A DNA stretch of 64,000 nucleotides from Eledone cirrhosa (GCA_964016885.1 OZ024741.1:317502001-317566000); one strand, 5' to 3'; positions 1 through 14,210 are shown, counted from the first letter of the stretch. Notes: generated by a model not told the origin, from the sequence alone. Made by a program: numbers and translations.

Positions 1-737
1 GGACAGCAACATAAGCTGGACCACGCATATAAGCAGCAAAGTTGACATGGCCCGCAGAATGTGTTCCTGGATCCTCAGAACCTTCCAGTCGAGAGATTCC
101 CGCACCATTATCCTTCTCTTCTCTACTTTCGCCCGACCACACCTTGAATACTGTTGTCCACTGTGGTCTCCCCACACGAAACAAAGTATCATGAAACTTG
201 AAGCTCCTCAAAGGGCAATCACGAAAAAGATAGATGGCATGTCAGACCTTGACTACTGGGGTCGATTGGAAAACCTGAAACTTTACTCACTCCAACGTCG
301 CCGTGAGCGTTATATTATCTGCATGATGTGGAAAATGTTCCATCATCACTGCCCAAATGATGTTGGCATCGCCTTCAAGATACACCCAAGGCTTGGGCCC
401 CGTGCTATCCGTCCCATTCAAAAATCTAAATCGCAACTCATAACAACAATACGGCACAATTATTTCACCTCAATCGGCCCTGCTCTCTTCAACATCACAC
501 CAGGACACGTCAAAACAGAAACTGACCACACAAAATTCAAGAAGTCTTTGGACAAATTCCTCCAAGTAATCCCGGACAAACCACCCACACCCGGATATGT
601 CTCCGCAAACAGTAATTCTCTTCTCGAATGGGCCATGGTGCCCAAATCCTGAATTGAAAGACTTCGCCAGGTGGTGCTATTAAGTTAGACATGGCCTGGG
701 CCAATACTGGCCAAAACATTTCAAAGTTATTCAAAGT

Positions 738-738
<1 letters not shown>
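1..738 (+). mobile_element. 3' end of a CR1/L2-group LINE (C-terminal part of the RT ORF, stop at 652, plus short 3' UTR)
   Basis: ORF 47-652 has FSTFARPHLEYCCPLWSPH, QRAITK, RLENLKLYSLQRRRER and FKKSLDKFL motifs typical of CR1/L2/Jockey ORF2 C-termini. Ends in a short repeated tail (TTCAAAGTTA x2) abutting (TA)n. Confidence 0.8.
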
Positions 739-776
<38 letters not shown>

Positions 777-798
777 ATACATACATACATATATATAC

Positions 799-851
<53 letters not shown>

Positions 852-922
852 CATACATACATACATATTTACAAACATATTCATACATAAATACGGACAG
901 ACATACATACTTACATACATAC
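738..922. repeat. (TA)n/(TACA)n microsatellite
   Basis: Directly visible. Confidence 0.95.
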
Positions 923-925
923 ACG

Positions 926-3750
926 TGGGGGTAGTGGTAAGAATGTTGTTGGTAGTGGTGGTGGTAGTGGTAGTGGTAGTGGTGTCGGTAGTGGTAGTGG
1001 TGTCGGTAGTGGTGGTGGTAGTGGTAGTGGTGGTGGTAGTGGTAGTAGTAGTGGTAGTGGTGGTGGTAGTGGTAGTGGTAGTGGTAGTGGTGGTGGTAGT
1101 GGTAATGGTAGTGGTAGTGGTAGTGGTAGTAGTAGGAGTGGTAATGGTAGTGGTAGTGGTAGTGGTAGTAGTGGGAGTAGTGGTAGTGGTAGTGGTAGTG
1201 GTAGTGGTAGTGGTGGTGGTGTCGGTAGTGGTAGTAGTAGTGGTAGTGGTGGTGGTAGTGGTAGTGGTAGTGGTAGTGGTGGTGGTAGTGGTAGTGTTAG
1301 TGGTAGTGGTGGTGGTAGTGGTAGTAGTAGTGGTAGTGGTAGTGGTAGTAGTGGGAGTAGTGGTAGTGGTAGTGGTGTTGGTAGTGGTAGTAGTTGTGGT
1401 AGTGGTGGTGGTAGTGGTAGTGGTAGTGGTAGTGGTAGTGGTAGTGGTGGTGGTTGTAGAGGTAGCGGTGTTGGTAGTGGTAGTAGTAGTGGTAGTGGTG
1501 GTGGTAGTGGTAGTGGTAGTGGTAGTGGTGGTGGTAGTGGAGGTGGTAGTGGTAGTGGTGGTGGTAGTGGTAGTAGTAGTGGTAGTGGTGGTGGTAGTGG
1601 TAGTGGTAGTGGTAGTGGAGGTGGTAGTGGTAGTGGTAGTGGTAGTGGTGTTGGTAGTGGTATTGGTAGTGATAGTGGTAGTGGTGGTGGAAGTGGTAGT
1701 GGTAGTGGTAATGGTAGTGGTAGTGGTAGTGGTAGTGTTAGTGGTAGTGGTGTTGGTAGTGGTAATGGTAGTGGTAGTGGTAGTGGTAGTGGTAGTGGTT
1801 GGGGTAGTGGTAGTGGTATGGGTAGTGGTAGTGGTATTGGTAGTGGTAGTGGAGGTGGTAGTGGTAGTGGTAGTGGAGGTGGTAGTGGTAGTGGTAGTGG
1901 AGGTGGTAGTGGTAGTGGTGGTGGTAGTGGAGGTGGTAGTGGTAGTGGTGGTGGTAGTGGTAGTAGTAGTGGTAGTGGTGGTGGTAGTGGTAGTGGTAGT
2001 GGTAGTGGAGGTGGTAGTGGTAGTGGTAGTGGTAGTGATAGTGGTGTTGGTAGTGGTAATGGTAGTGGTGTTGGTAGTGGTAATGGTAGTGGTAGTGTTA
2101 GTGGAGGTGGTAATGGTAGTGTTAGTGGTAGTGGTGTTGGTAGTGGTAGTGGTAGCGGTAGTGGTAATGGTAGTGGTAATGGCAGTGGTAATGGTTGTGG
2201 TAGTGGTAGTAGTAGTGGTTGTGGTAGTGGTAATGGTTGTGGTAGTGGTAGTAGTAGTGGTTGTGGTAGTAGTAGTGGTTGTGGTAGTGGTAGTGGTAGT
2301 GGTAATGGTAGTGGTAGTGGTAGTGGTAGTGGTAGTGGTGTTGGTAGTGGTAATGGTAGTGGTAGTGGTAGTGGTAGTGGTAGTGGAGGTGGTAGTGGTA
2401 GTGGTAGTGGTAGTGGTAGTGGTAGTGGAGGTGGTAGTGGTAGTGGTAGTGGTAATGGTAGTGGTAGTGGTAATGGTTGTGGTAGTGGTAGTGGTAGTGG
2501 TAATGGTAGTGGTAGTGGTAGTGGTAGTGGTAGTGGTAGTGGTAGTGGAGGTGGTAGTGGTAGTGGTAGTGGTAGTGGAGGTGGTAGTGGTAGTGTTAGT
2601 GTTAGTGGAGATAGTGGTGTTGGTAGTGGTAATGGTAGTGGTAGTGTTACTGGTGGTGGTTGTGGAGGTAGTGGTGTTGGTAGTGGTGGTGGTGTTGGTG
2701 GTGGCGGTGGTGGTGGTGGTAGTGGCAGTGGAAGTGGTAATGGTAGTGTTAGTGGTAGTGGTGTTGATAGCGGTAATGGTAATGGTAGTGGTAGTGGTAG
2801 TGGTAGTGGTAGTGGTAGTGGTAGTGGAGGTGGTAATGGTAGTGGTAGTGGTAGTGGTAATGGTAGTGGTAGTGGTAGTGGTAGTGGTAGTGGTAGTGGT
2901 AGTGGAGGTGGTAATGGTAGTGGTAGTGTTAGTGGTAGTGGTAGTGGTAGTGGTAGTGGTAATGGTAGTGGTAGTGGTAGTGGTAGTGGAGGTGGTAGTG
3001 GTAGTGGTAGTGGTAGTGGTAGTGGTAGTGGTAGTGGAGGTGGTAGTGGTAGTGGTAGTGGTGCCGGTAGTGGTAGTGTTAGTGTTAGTGGAGATAGTGG
3101 TGTTGGTAGTGGTAATGGTAGTGGTAGTGTTACTGGTGGTGGTTGTGGAGGTAGTGGTGTTGGTAGTGGTGGTGGTGGTGGTGGTGGTGGTGGTGTTGGT
3201 GGTGGTGGTAGTGGTACTGGTAGTGGTGGTGGTACTGGTGGTGCTAGTGGTACTGGTGGTGGTGGTGGTGGTACTGCTAGTGCTGGTGCTGGTGTTGCTG
3301 GTGGTGGTGCTGGTGATGCTGGTGGTTGTGGTTGTACTGGTAGTGGTGATACTGGTGGTGGTGGTGGTTGTGGTGGTGGTGGTGGTACTAGTGCTGGTGC
3401 TGGTGCTGGTGTTGCTGGGGCTGGTGACTGTACTGGTGGTGGTGGTGGTAGTGGTGGTGGTGGTGGTGGTGGTGGTGATGGTGGTGGTGGTGGTAGTGGT
3501 GGTGGTGGTGGTGGTGGTGGTGGTGGTGGTGGTGGTGGTGGTGGTGGTTATGATGGTGGTGGTGGTGATAGTGGTGGTGGTGGTGGTGGTACTAGTGCTG
3601 GTGCTGGTGCTGGTGTTGCTGGTGCTGGTGGCTGTACTGGTGGTGGTGGTGGTGGTGGTGGTGGTGGTGGTGGTGGTGGTGGTGGTGGTGGAGGCGGTGG
3701 TGGTGGTACTGGTGGTGGTGCTGCTGCTGGTGCAGGTGGTGTTGATGTTG
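926..3750. repeat. ~2.8 kb degenerate (GTAGTG)n tract grading into (GGT)n/(GCT)n
   Basis: Directly visible; produces artefactual poly-Val and Gly-Ser ORFs. Confidence 0.95.
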
Positions 3751-3829
3751 ATCGAAAAGAAAATGTTTAAAAAGATGGCGTGTGATCACAGATAAAGGAA
3801 GAAATCTGCTCTTTGATGTCAAAGAATTA

Positions 3830-3848
3830 GCAACACAACAGTAACATC

Positions 3849-3896
<48 letters not shown>

Positions 3897-6800
3897 GTAA
3901 CATAACAACAACAACAGTAACATAACAATAACAAAAGTAACATAACAACAACACCAGTAACATAACAACAACAACAGTAACATAACAACAATAACATCAG
4001 TATCCTGATAACATCAACAACAACCTTCAACAGCAACAAACGTTAACAAAATACAACAAAAACCACAACAACAGTATCAACAACGTGCAACACTACCATA
4101 ACCACAACAGTAACATAATAACATTGATAACAGTAACATAACAACAATGATAACAGTAACATAACAACAATGATAACAGTAACAACAGCAACATAACAAC
4201 AATGATAACAGTAACAACAACAGCAACATAACAACAATGATAACAGTAACGACAGTAACATAACAACAATGATAACAGTAACAACAACAGTAACATAACA
4301 ACATTGATAACAGTAACAACAGTAACATAACAACATTGATAACAGTAACAACAACAGTAACATAACAACATTGATAACAGTAACAACAACAGTAACATAA
4401 CAACATTGATAACAGTAACAACAACAGTAACATAACAACATTGATAACAGTAACAACAACAGTAACATAACAACATTGATAACAGTAACAACAACAGTAA
4501 CATAACAACATTGATAACAGTAACAACAGTAACATAACAACATTGATAACAGTAACAACAACAGTAACATTACAACATTGATAACAGTAACAACAGTAAC
4601 ATAACAACATTGATAACAGTAACAACAACAGTAACATAACAACATTGATAACAGTAACAACAACAGTAACATAACAACATTGATAACAGTAACAACAACA
4701 GTAACATAACAACATTGATAACAGTAACAACAACAGTAACATAACAACATTGATAACAGTAACAACAGTAACATAACAACATTGATAACAGTAACAACAA
4801 CAGTAACATAACAACAATGATAACAGTAACAACAACTGTAACATAACAACAATGATAACAGTAACAACAGTAACATAACAACAATGATAACAGTAACAAC
4901 AACAGTAACATAACAACGTTGATAACAGTAACAACAGTAACATCACAACAATGATAACAGTAACAACAACTGTAACATAACAACAATGATAACAGTAACA
5001 ACAGTAACATAACAACATTGATAACAGTAACAACAACAGTAACATAACAACGTTGATAACAGTAACAACAGTAACATAACAACAATGATAACAGTAACAA
5101 CAACAGTAACATAACAACAATGATAACAGTAACAACAACAGCAACATAACAACAATGATAACAGTAACAACAGTAACATAACAACATTGATAACAGTAAC
5201 AACAACAGTAACATAACAACATTGATAACAGTAACAACAACAGTAACATAACAACAATGATAACAGTAACAACAACAGTAACATAACAACAATGATAACA
5301 GTAACAACAACCGTAACATAACAACGTTGATAACAGTAACAACAACAGTAACATAACAACAATGATAACAGTAACAACAACTGTAACATAACAACAATGA
5401 TAACAGTAACAACAACAGTAACATAACAACAATGATAACAGTAACAACAACTGTAACATAACAACAATGATAACAGTAACAACAGTAACATAACAACAAT
5501 GATAACAGTAACAACAACAGTAGCATAACAACGATGATAACAGTAACAACAACAGTAACATAACAACAATGATAACAGTAACAACAACACTAACATAACA
5601 ACGTTGATAACAGTAACAACAGTAACATAACAACAATGATAACAGTAACAACAACAGTAACATAACAACAATGATAACAGTAACAACAGTAACATAACAA
5701 CAATGATAACAGTAACAACAGTAACATAACAACAATGATAACAGTAACAACAGTAACATAACAACATTGATAACAGTAACAACAACAGCAACATAACAAC
5801 AATGATAACAGTAACAACATTAACATAACAACATTGATAACAGTAACAACAACAGTAACATAACAACATTGATAACAGTAACAACAACAGTAACATAACA
5901 ACAATGATAACAGTAACAACAGTAACATAACAACATTGATAACAGTAACAACAACAGCAACATAACGACATTGATAACAGTAACAACAGTAACATAACAA
6001 CATTGATAACAGTAACAACAACAGTAACATAACAACAATGATAACAGTAACAACAGTAACATAACAACATTGATAACAGTAACAACAGTAACAGAACAAC
6101 ATTGATAACAGTAACAACAGTAACATAACAACAATGATAACAGTAACAACAACAGTAACATAACAACAATGATAACAGTAACAACAACAGTAACATAACA
6201 ACAATGATAACAGTAACAACAACAGTAACATAACAACAATGATAACAGTAACAACAACAGTAACATAACAACAATGATAACAGTAACAACAACAACATAA
6301 CAACAATGATAACCGTAACAACAACAGTAACATAACAACAATGATAACAGTAACAACAACAGTAACATAACAACAATGATAACAGTAACAATAACAGTAA
6401 CATAACAACATTGATAACAGTAACAACAGTAACATAACAACATTGATAACAGTAACAACAACAACAACATAACAACATTGATAACAGTAACAACAGCAAC
6501 AACATAACAACATTGATAACAGTAACAACAACAACAACAACATAACAACATTGATAACAGTAACAACAGTAACATAACAACATTGATAACAGTAACAACA
6601 ACAGCAACATAACAACAATGATAACAGTAACAACAACAGTAACATAACAACAATGATAACAGTAACAACAACAGTAAAATAACAACAATGATAACAGTAA
6701 CAACAACAACAACATAACAACATTGATAACAGTAACAACAACAGCAACATACAACAATGATAACAGTAGCAACAACAGTAAAATAACAACAATGATAACA

Positions 6801-9800
6801 GTAACAACAACAGTAACATAACAACAATGATAACAGTAACAACAACAGTAACATAACAACAATGATAACAGTAACAACAACAGTAACATAACAACAATGA
6901 TAACAGTAACAACAACAGTAACATAACAACATTGATAACAGTAACAACAGTAACATAACAACATTGATAACAGTAACAACAGTAACATAACAACATTGAT
7001 AACAGTAACAACAACAGTAACATAACAACATTGATAACAGTAACAACAACAGAAACATAACAACATTGATAACAGTAACAACAACAGTAACATAACAACA
7101 TTGATAACAGTAACAACAACAGTAACATAACAACATTGATAACAGTAACAACAGTAACATAACAACATTGATAACAGTAACAACAACAGTAACATAACAA
7201 CATTGATAACAGTAACAACAGTAACATAACAACATTGATAACAGTAACAACAACAACAACATAACAACATTGATAACAGTAACAACAGCAACAACATAAC
7301 AACATTGATAACAGTAACAACAACAACAACAACATAACAACATTGATAACAGTAACATAACAACATTGATAACAGTAACAACAACAATAACATTACAACA
7401 TTGATAACAGTAACAACAGTAACATAACAACATTGATAACAGTAACAACAACAGTAACATAACAACATTGATAACAGTAACAACAACAGTAACATAACAA
7501 CATTGATAACAGTAACAACAACAGTAACATAACAACATTGATAACAGTAACAACAACAGTAACATAACAACATTGATAACAGTAACAACAGTAACATAAC
7601 AACATTGATAACAGTAACAAGAACAGTAACATAACAACAATGATAACAGTAACAACAACTGTAACATAATAACAATGATAACAGTAACAACAGTAACATA
7701 ACAACAATGATAACAGTAACAACAACAGTAACATAACAACGTTGATAACAGTAACAACAGTAACATAACAACATTGATAACAGTAACAACAACTGTAACA
7801 TAACAACAATGATAACAGTAACAACAGTAACATAACAACATTGATAACAGTAACAACAACAGTAACATAACAACGTTGATAACAGTAACAACAGTAACAT
7901 AACAACAATGATAACAGTAACAACAACAGTAACATAACAACAATGATAACAGTAACAACAACAGCAACATAACAACAATGATAACAGTAACAACCGTAAC
8001 ATAACAACATTGATATCAGTAACAACAACAGTAACATAACAACATTGATAACAGTAACAACAACAGTAACATAACAACAATGATAACAGTAACAACAGTA
8101 ACATAACAACAATGATAACAGTAACAACAACAGTAACATAACAACAATGATAACAGTAACAACAACAGTAACATAACAACAATGATAACAGTAACAACAA
8201 CAGTAACATAACAACGTTGATATCAGTAACAACAACAGTAACATAACAACAATGATAACAGTAACAACAACTGTAACATAACAACAATGATAACAGTAAC
8301 AACAACAGTAACATAACAACAATGATAACAGTAACAACAACAGTAACATAACAACGTTGATAACAGTAACAACAGTAACATAACAACAATGATAACAGTA
8401 ACAACAACAGTAACATAACAACAATGATAACAGTAACAACAGTAACATAACAACAATGATAACAGTAACAACAGTAACATAACAACAATGATAACAGTAA
8501 CAACAACAGTAACATAACAACAATGATAACAGTAACAACAACAGTAACATAACAACAATGATAACAGTAACAACAACAGTTACATAACAACAATGATAAC
8601 AGTAACAACAGTAACATAACAACATTGATAACAGTAACAACAGTAACATAACAACATTGATAACAGTAACAACAACAGCAACATAACGACATTGATAACA
8701 GTAACAACAACAGTAACATAACAACAATGATAACAGTAACAACAGTAACATAACAACATTGATAACAGTAACAACAGTAACAGAACAACATTGATAACAG
8801 TAACAACAGTAACATAACAACAATGATAACAGTAACAACAGCAACAACATAACAACATTGATAACAGTAACAACAACAACAACAACATAACAACATTGAT
8901 AACAGTAACAACAGTAACATAACAACATTGATAACAGTAACAACAACAGCAACATAATAACAATGATAACAGTAACAACAACAGTAACATAACAACAATG
9001 ATAACAGTAACAACAACAGTAACATAACAACAATGATAACAGTAACAACAACAACAACATAACAACAATGATAACAGTAACAACAACAGTAACATAACAA
9101 CATTGATAACAGTAACAACAACAACAGTAACATAACAACATTGATAACAGTAACAACAACATAACAACATTGATAACAGTAACAACAACAGTAACATAAC
9201 AACAATGATAACAGTAACAACAACAGTAACATAACAACAATGATAACAGGAACAACAACAACAACATAACAACAATGATAACAGTAACAACAACAGTAAC
9301 ATAACAACAATGATAACAGTAACAACAACAGTAACATAACAACAATGATAACAGTAACAACAGTAACATAACAACAATGATAACAGTAACAACAACAACA
9401 ACATAACAACATTGATAACAGTAACAACAACATAACAACATTGATAACAGTAACAACAACAGTAACATAACAACAATGATAACAGTAACAACAACAGTAA
9501 CATAACAACAATGATAACAGGAACAACAACAACAACATAACAACAATGATAACAGTAACAACAACAGTAACATAACAACAATGATAACAGTAACAACAAC
9601 AGTAACATAACAACAATGATAACAGTAACAACAACAACAACATAACAACAATGATAACAGTAACAACAACAGTAACATAACAACAATGATAACAGTAACA
9701 ACCACAGTAACATAACAACAATGATAACAGTATCAACAACAACAACATAACAACATTGATAACAGTAACAACAACAGCAACATAACAACAATGATAACAG

Positions 9801-10260
9801 TAACAACAACAGTAACATAACAACAATGATAACAGTAACAACAACAGTAACATAACAACAATGATAACAGTAACAACAGTAACATAACAACAATGATAAC
9901 AGTAACAACAACAACAACATAACAACATTGATAACAGTAACAACAACAGCAACATAACAACAATGATAACAGTAACAACAACAGTAACATAACAACAATG
10001 ATAACAGTAACAACAACAGTAACATAACAACATTGATAACAGTAACAACAGTAACATAACAACATTGATAACAGTAACAACAACAGTAACATAACAACAT
10101 TGATAACAGTAACAACAACAGCAACATAACAACAATGATAACAGTAACAACAACAGTAACATAACAACAATGATAACAGTAACAACAACAGTAACATAAC
10201 AACAATGATAACAGTAACAACAACAGTAACATAACAACAACAACGACAATGATAACATTA
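3830..10260. repeat. ~6.4 kb satellite, 32/35-bp unit AGTAACATAACAACA(A/T)TGATAACAGTAACAAC(AAC)
   Basis: Directly visible tandem array derived from (AAC)n; unit length varies in AAC steps. Confidence 0.95.
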
Positions 10261-10513
10261 ACAGTAGCATAAGAGCAGCAACAGTATCAAAGTTCAACAC
10301 AAACTATAATAAAAACAACAACAGTATCGACGTCATCAATAACAATAATAACAACGATAACAACAAGAATAACAACAGCAATAACATTAACAATAATAAC
10401 AGCAACGCTGTCAACCACAGTAGCTACAGCAAGAACAACACTATCATCAATAAGCTCAACAACAGAAAAACATCAGCCACGATAATAACTAAGTCACCTC
10501 AGTCTGCTTCAAC

Positions 10514-11580
10514 TGCCCTATATGAACCAGCAGATATTACCTGATCTGTTTGAGCTGATCGGGCTCATCTACCCTGTATGAACCAGCAGATATTACCTGG
10601 TCTGTTTGAGCTGATCGGGCTCATCTACCCTGTATGAACCAGCAAATATTACCTGGTCTGTTGGAGCTGAGCTGGTCGGGCTCATCTACCCTGTATGAAC
10701 CAGCAGATATTACCTGGTCTGTTTGAGCTGAGCTGGTCGGGCTTATCTGCCCTGTATGAACCAGCAAATATTACCTGGTCTGTTGGAGCTGAGCTGGTCG
10801 GGCTCATCTACCCTGTATGAACCAGCAGATATTACCTGTTCTGTTTGAGCTGAGCTGGTCGGGCTTATCTGCCCTGTATGAACCAGCAAATATTACCTGG
10901 TCTGTTGGAGCTGAGCTGGTCGGGCTCATCTACCCTGTATGAACCAGCAGATATTACCTGGTCTGTTTGAGCTGAGCTGGTCGGGCTCATCTACCCTGTA
11001 TGAACCAGCAAATATTACCTGGTCTGTTTGAGCTGAGCTGGTCGGGCTTATCTGCCCTGTATGAACCAGCAAATATTACTTGGTCTGTCTGAGCTGAGCT
11101 GGTCGGGCTCAACTGCCCTGTATGAACCAGCAAATATTACTTGGTCAGTTTGAGCTGAGCTGCTCGAGCTCATCTGCCCTATATGAACTAGCAGATATTA
11201 CCTGGTCTGTTTGAGCTGAGCTGGCCGGGCTCAACTGCCCTGTATAAACCAGCAAATATTACTTGGTCTGTCTGAGCTGCACTGATCGGGCTCAGCTGCC
11301 CTGTATGAACCAGCAAATATTACCGGGTCTTTCTGAGCTGCACTGATCGGGCTCAGCTGCCCTGTATGAGCTAGCAAATATTACCAGATTTGTCTGCGTG
11401 GCACTGATCGGGCTCAGATGTTGTGTATGAACCTTAGACTGTCTGAGCTGAGCTGGCCGGGCTCAGCTGTTCTGTATAAGCCAGCAAATATTAATTAGTC
11501 TTTCTGAGCTACCCTGGTCGGGCTCAGCTGCCCTACATGAACTAGCAGATACTAACTGGTCTGTCTGGGGTGAGTTGAGC
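10514..11580. repeat. 61-bp minisatellite (~17 copies; first units 56 bp)
   Basis: Unit CCCTGTATGAACCAGCAGATATTACCTGGTCTGTTTGAGCTGAGCTGGTCGGGCTCATCTA recurs at 10689, 10750 and onward, and decays rightward. Confidence 0.93.
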
Positions 11581-11644
11581 TGAGATTGTTTAGCTGTGTC
11601 AGGAAATAATGAGAACTTAGCATAGGTGGAGGAGGATTACGAAG

Positions 11645-11895
11645 GGTGCTGGTGATGGTTGGGACAATGACAATGGTGACGTTGGTGATGGTAATGATGA
11701 TGGTGGTGGTGGTGGTGGTGGTGGTGGTGGTGGTGGTGATGGTGGTGGTGATGGTGGTGGTGGTGTGGTGATGATGATGATGATGATGGTGATAGTGGAG
11801 GTAGTGGTGGTGCTGGTGCTGGTCTGGTGCTGGTGGTGGTGGTGTTGGTGATGATGATGGTGATAGTGGTGGTGGTCGTGGTGATGGTGATGATG

Positions 11896-11927
<32 letters not shown>

Positions 11928-12370
11928 GGTGATAGTAGAGAGATAGTGGTGGTGGTGGTGGTGGTGGTGGTGATGATGATAATAGTGATGATGATGATGA
12001 GGAGGAGGAGGATAGTGGAGATGGCGGTGGTGGTGGTGGTGGTGGTTGTGGTGATGATGATGATGTTGATGATGATGATGATGATGGTGATAGTGGAGAT
12101 GGTGGTGGTGGTGATGATGATGATCATGATCATCATCATCATCATGATGATGATCATGGTTTTGGTGGTGGTGGTGGTGGTGATAGTGGAGATGGCGGTG
12201 GTGGTGGTTGTGGTGCTGATGATGATGATGATGATATTGATGATGGTGATAGTTGAGATAGGGGTGGTGATGATGACGATGATGATGATGATTATGATGA
12301 TGATGATAAGGATGATGATGATGATGATGACGATGATGATGATGATGAGGCGGAGGAGGGGGGGTGGGGT
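11645..12370. repeat. (GGT)n/(GAT)n trinucleotide low-complexity tract
   Basis: Directly visible. Confidence 0.92.
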
Positions 12371-13289
12371 GACAAGCTCACAAATGTGAGCTATTAATGT
12401 TGCAAAAGAGATTACATCTGAACTGTTCAAGCATAAAGATATTTCGTAGATGTGTGTGTGTGTTTATGTAAGTGTATATGAGTGTGTGTCAGTTTGTGTG
12501 TGTCAGTGTGTATGTGTCAGTGTATGTGTATGTGTTTATATGCAAGTATATTTATGTGCCTTATGTCTGTTTAAATGTATGAGAGTTTATATGTATATAG
12601 GTGTTTATACATCCGCATGCGTGTTTGTATCGTGTGTGTTTGTATGCATATATGTATGTGCATGTGTTTAGGTGTACACACACAAAAACAGACACACACG
12701 CACACACTTATATATAAGTGTGTGCGTGTGTGTCTGTTTTTATGTGTGTGTTTGTATAATGTGTGTTAGTATGTATATATGTAAATGCATGTGTGTATGT
12801 GTTCATACACATAAATGTGTGTGCGCGCATGTATGTGTGTATGTCCATTTGCAATAGTGTGCTGCAGGCGCTTGTAGCGAAGAATCTGTCATACTTCAGT
12901 TGAGCAACATTTCGTCCGTGACTAAATTGAATTTACATACATACACACACACACATATATATATACACACATGTATACATAGAGATATATATATATATGT
13001 ATGTGCGTGTGTGTGTAATTAGTATTGGTGCTCCAACATAGCGTTATATATATGTATGTAGGTGTTGTATACAGGATGTTTATGGACAAAATTTGGCAGC
13101 CTTCTGCTATGAATGTTTAAGGTTGTGACCACCGTCACACATCCTTAGTTTCAGCAAAAACAAAGGGAAGCAACCGATAACGTTGTTTCTCGCTTGTTGG
13201 CGGTTGTCAAGGCTGCATATCTAACTAGTTTCTGCTGAGACTAAAATAAGGTAGAATCGTATAGATTTCTCGCTTATTTATATTTATAA

Positions 13290-13327
<38 letters not shown>

Positions 13328-13340
13328 TCTTTTTAACATG

Positions 13341-13686
13341 TAGAGAATCTCGAACGCAAAAATTACTGAAAACACAGTTGACTGCTATAAAGAATAACTT
13401 CGAAAATCGGGTAAAATACTTCTATTGGCGGGAAAAAGTGGCCAGCAGCTGCTGCAGTGAATCGTACTCTGTACCTCTCAAATGCCGGTTAAGTGCTCTG
13501 TACCATTGAGCTAAACGACCCCTGATATTTAGCTCAATGGTACAGAGCACTCAGCTCTAATTTGAGAGGTACAGCGTTCAATTCTCTTCAGCGGCTGCCG
13601 ACCACTTTTTTTTTCATCAATAGGAGTATTTTATCCGATTTTCTAAGCTATTTTCTATAGAAATCAACTGCGTTAAAAATTCTCTA
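13341..13686. repeat. Head-to-head inverted pair of tRNA-derived (SINE-like) sequences
   Basis: Arms 13341-13515 and 13528-13686 are reverse complements around a 12-nt spacer. Each starts outward with TTTAGCTCAATGGTACAGAGCACT (A-box/D-arm-like), then an anticodon stem-loop and a degenerate B-box. Confidence 0.8.
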
Positions 13687-13729
13687 TATTTTCTCAGAAT
13701 TTCAACTCACTCGACGCTTTAGATGGCTT

Positions 13730-13845
<116 letters not shown>

Positions 13846-14110
13846 GCTTACATTTATATAGATATATGATAAAGTTATATATGTATCAAAGCTACAATGT
13901 GATTGATTGTACGAGAAACCCGTCCCCTAATCTAAGTAATCGATTCAGTACAATAAAGACAGTAAATAATATTTGTTTTTACAAAAATTGACAGAATGTA
14001 AACTGTTTATTTCCTGAGAAATGGTCTAATAAGTATGGTTAGACATTTTATATATATAATATAATGAAAATTATTGTCTACAGTGCTCAGGTGCACTACA
14101 AAAAGGAAAT

Positions 14111-14210
14111 GCTTACAACACCTAAGTTTCCCTGGTGGTCACCCATCCAAATACTAACTAGGCTCGACATTGCTTAACTTCAGTGATCGAACCAGAACTA
14201 GTGTTTTCAG
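14111..14210 (-). pseudogene. 5'-truncated 5S rRNA-derived sequence
   Basis: Minus strand reads CTGAAAACACTAGTTCTGGTTCGATCACTGAAGTTAAGCAATGTCGAGCCTAGTTAGTATTTGGATGGGTGACCACCAGGGAAACTTAGGTGTTGTAAGC, matching metazoan 5S rRNA with A and C boxes. About the first 18 nt are missing; an oligo-T run follows. Confidence 0.9.

Noticed and set aside
691-3795. 1034-aa poly-Val and 650-aa Gly-Ser ORFs
   Set aside because: Translations of (TA)n and (GTAGTG)n/(GGT)n simple repeats; no signal peptide, splice context or non-repetitive domain.
3827-10300. Very long Cys/Leu/Val-rich minus-strand ORFs
   Set aside because: The satellite unit is not a multiple of 3 and lacks stops in all frames, so the ORFs are artefactual.
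13525-13600. Amber-suppressor tRNA (CTA anticodon at 13557-13559)
   Set aside because: No acceptor stem, a poorly paired T-stem, and the mirror copy has a different loop; it is a decayed SINE-like head.
14111-14210. Functional 5S rRNA gene
   Set aside because: The 5' end is missing, it is solitary, and it is inserted relative to the paralogous empty site.
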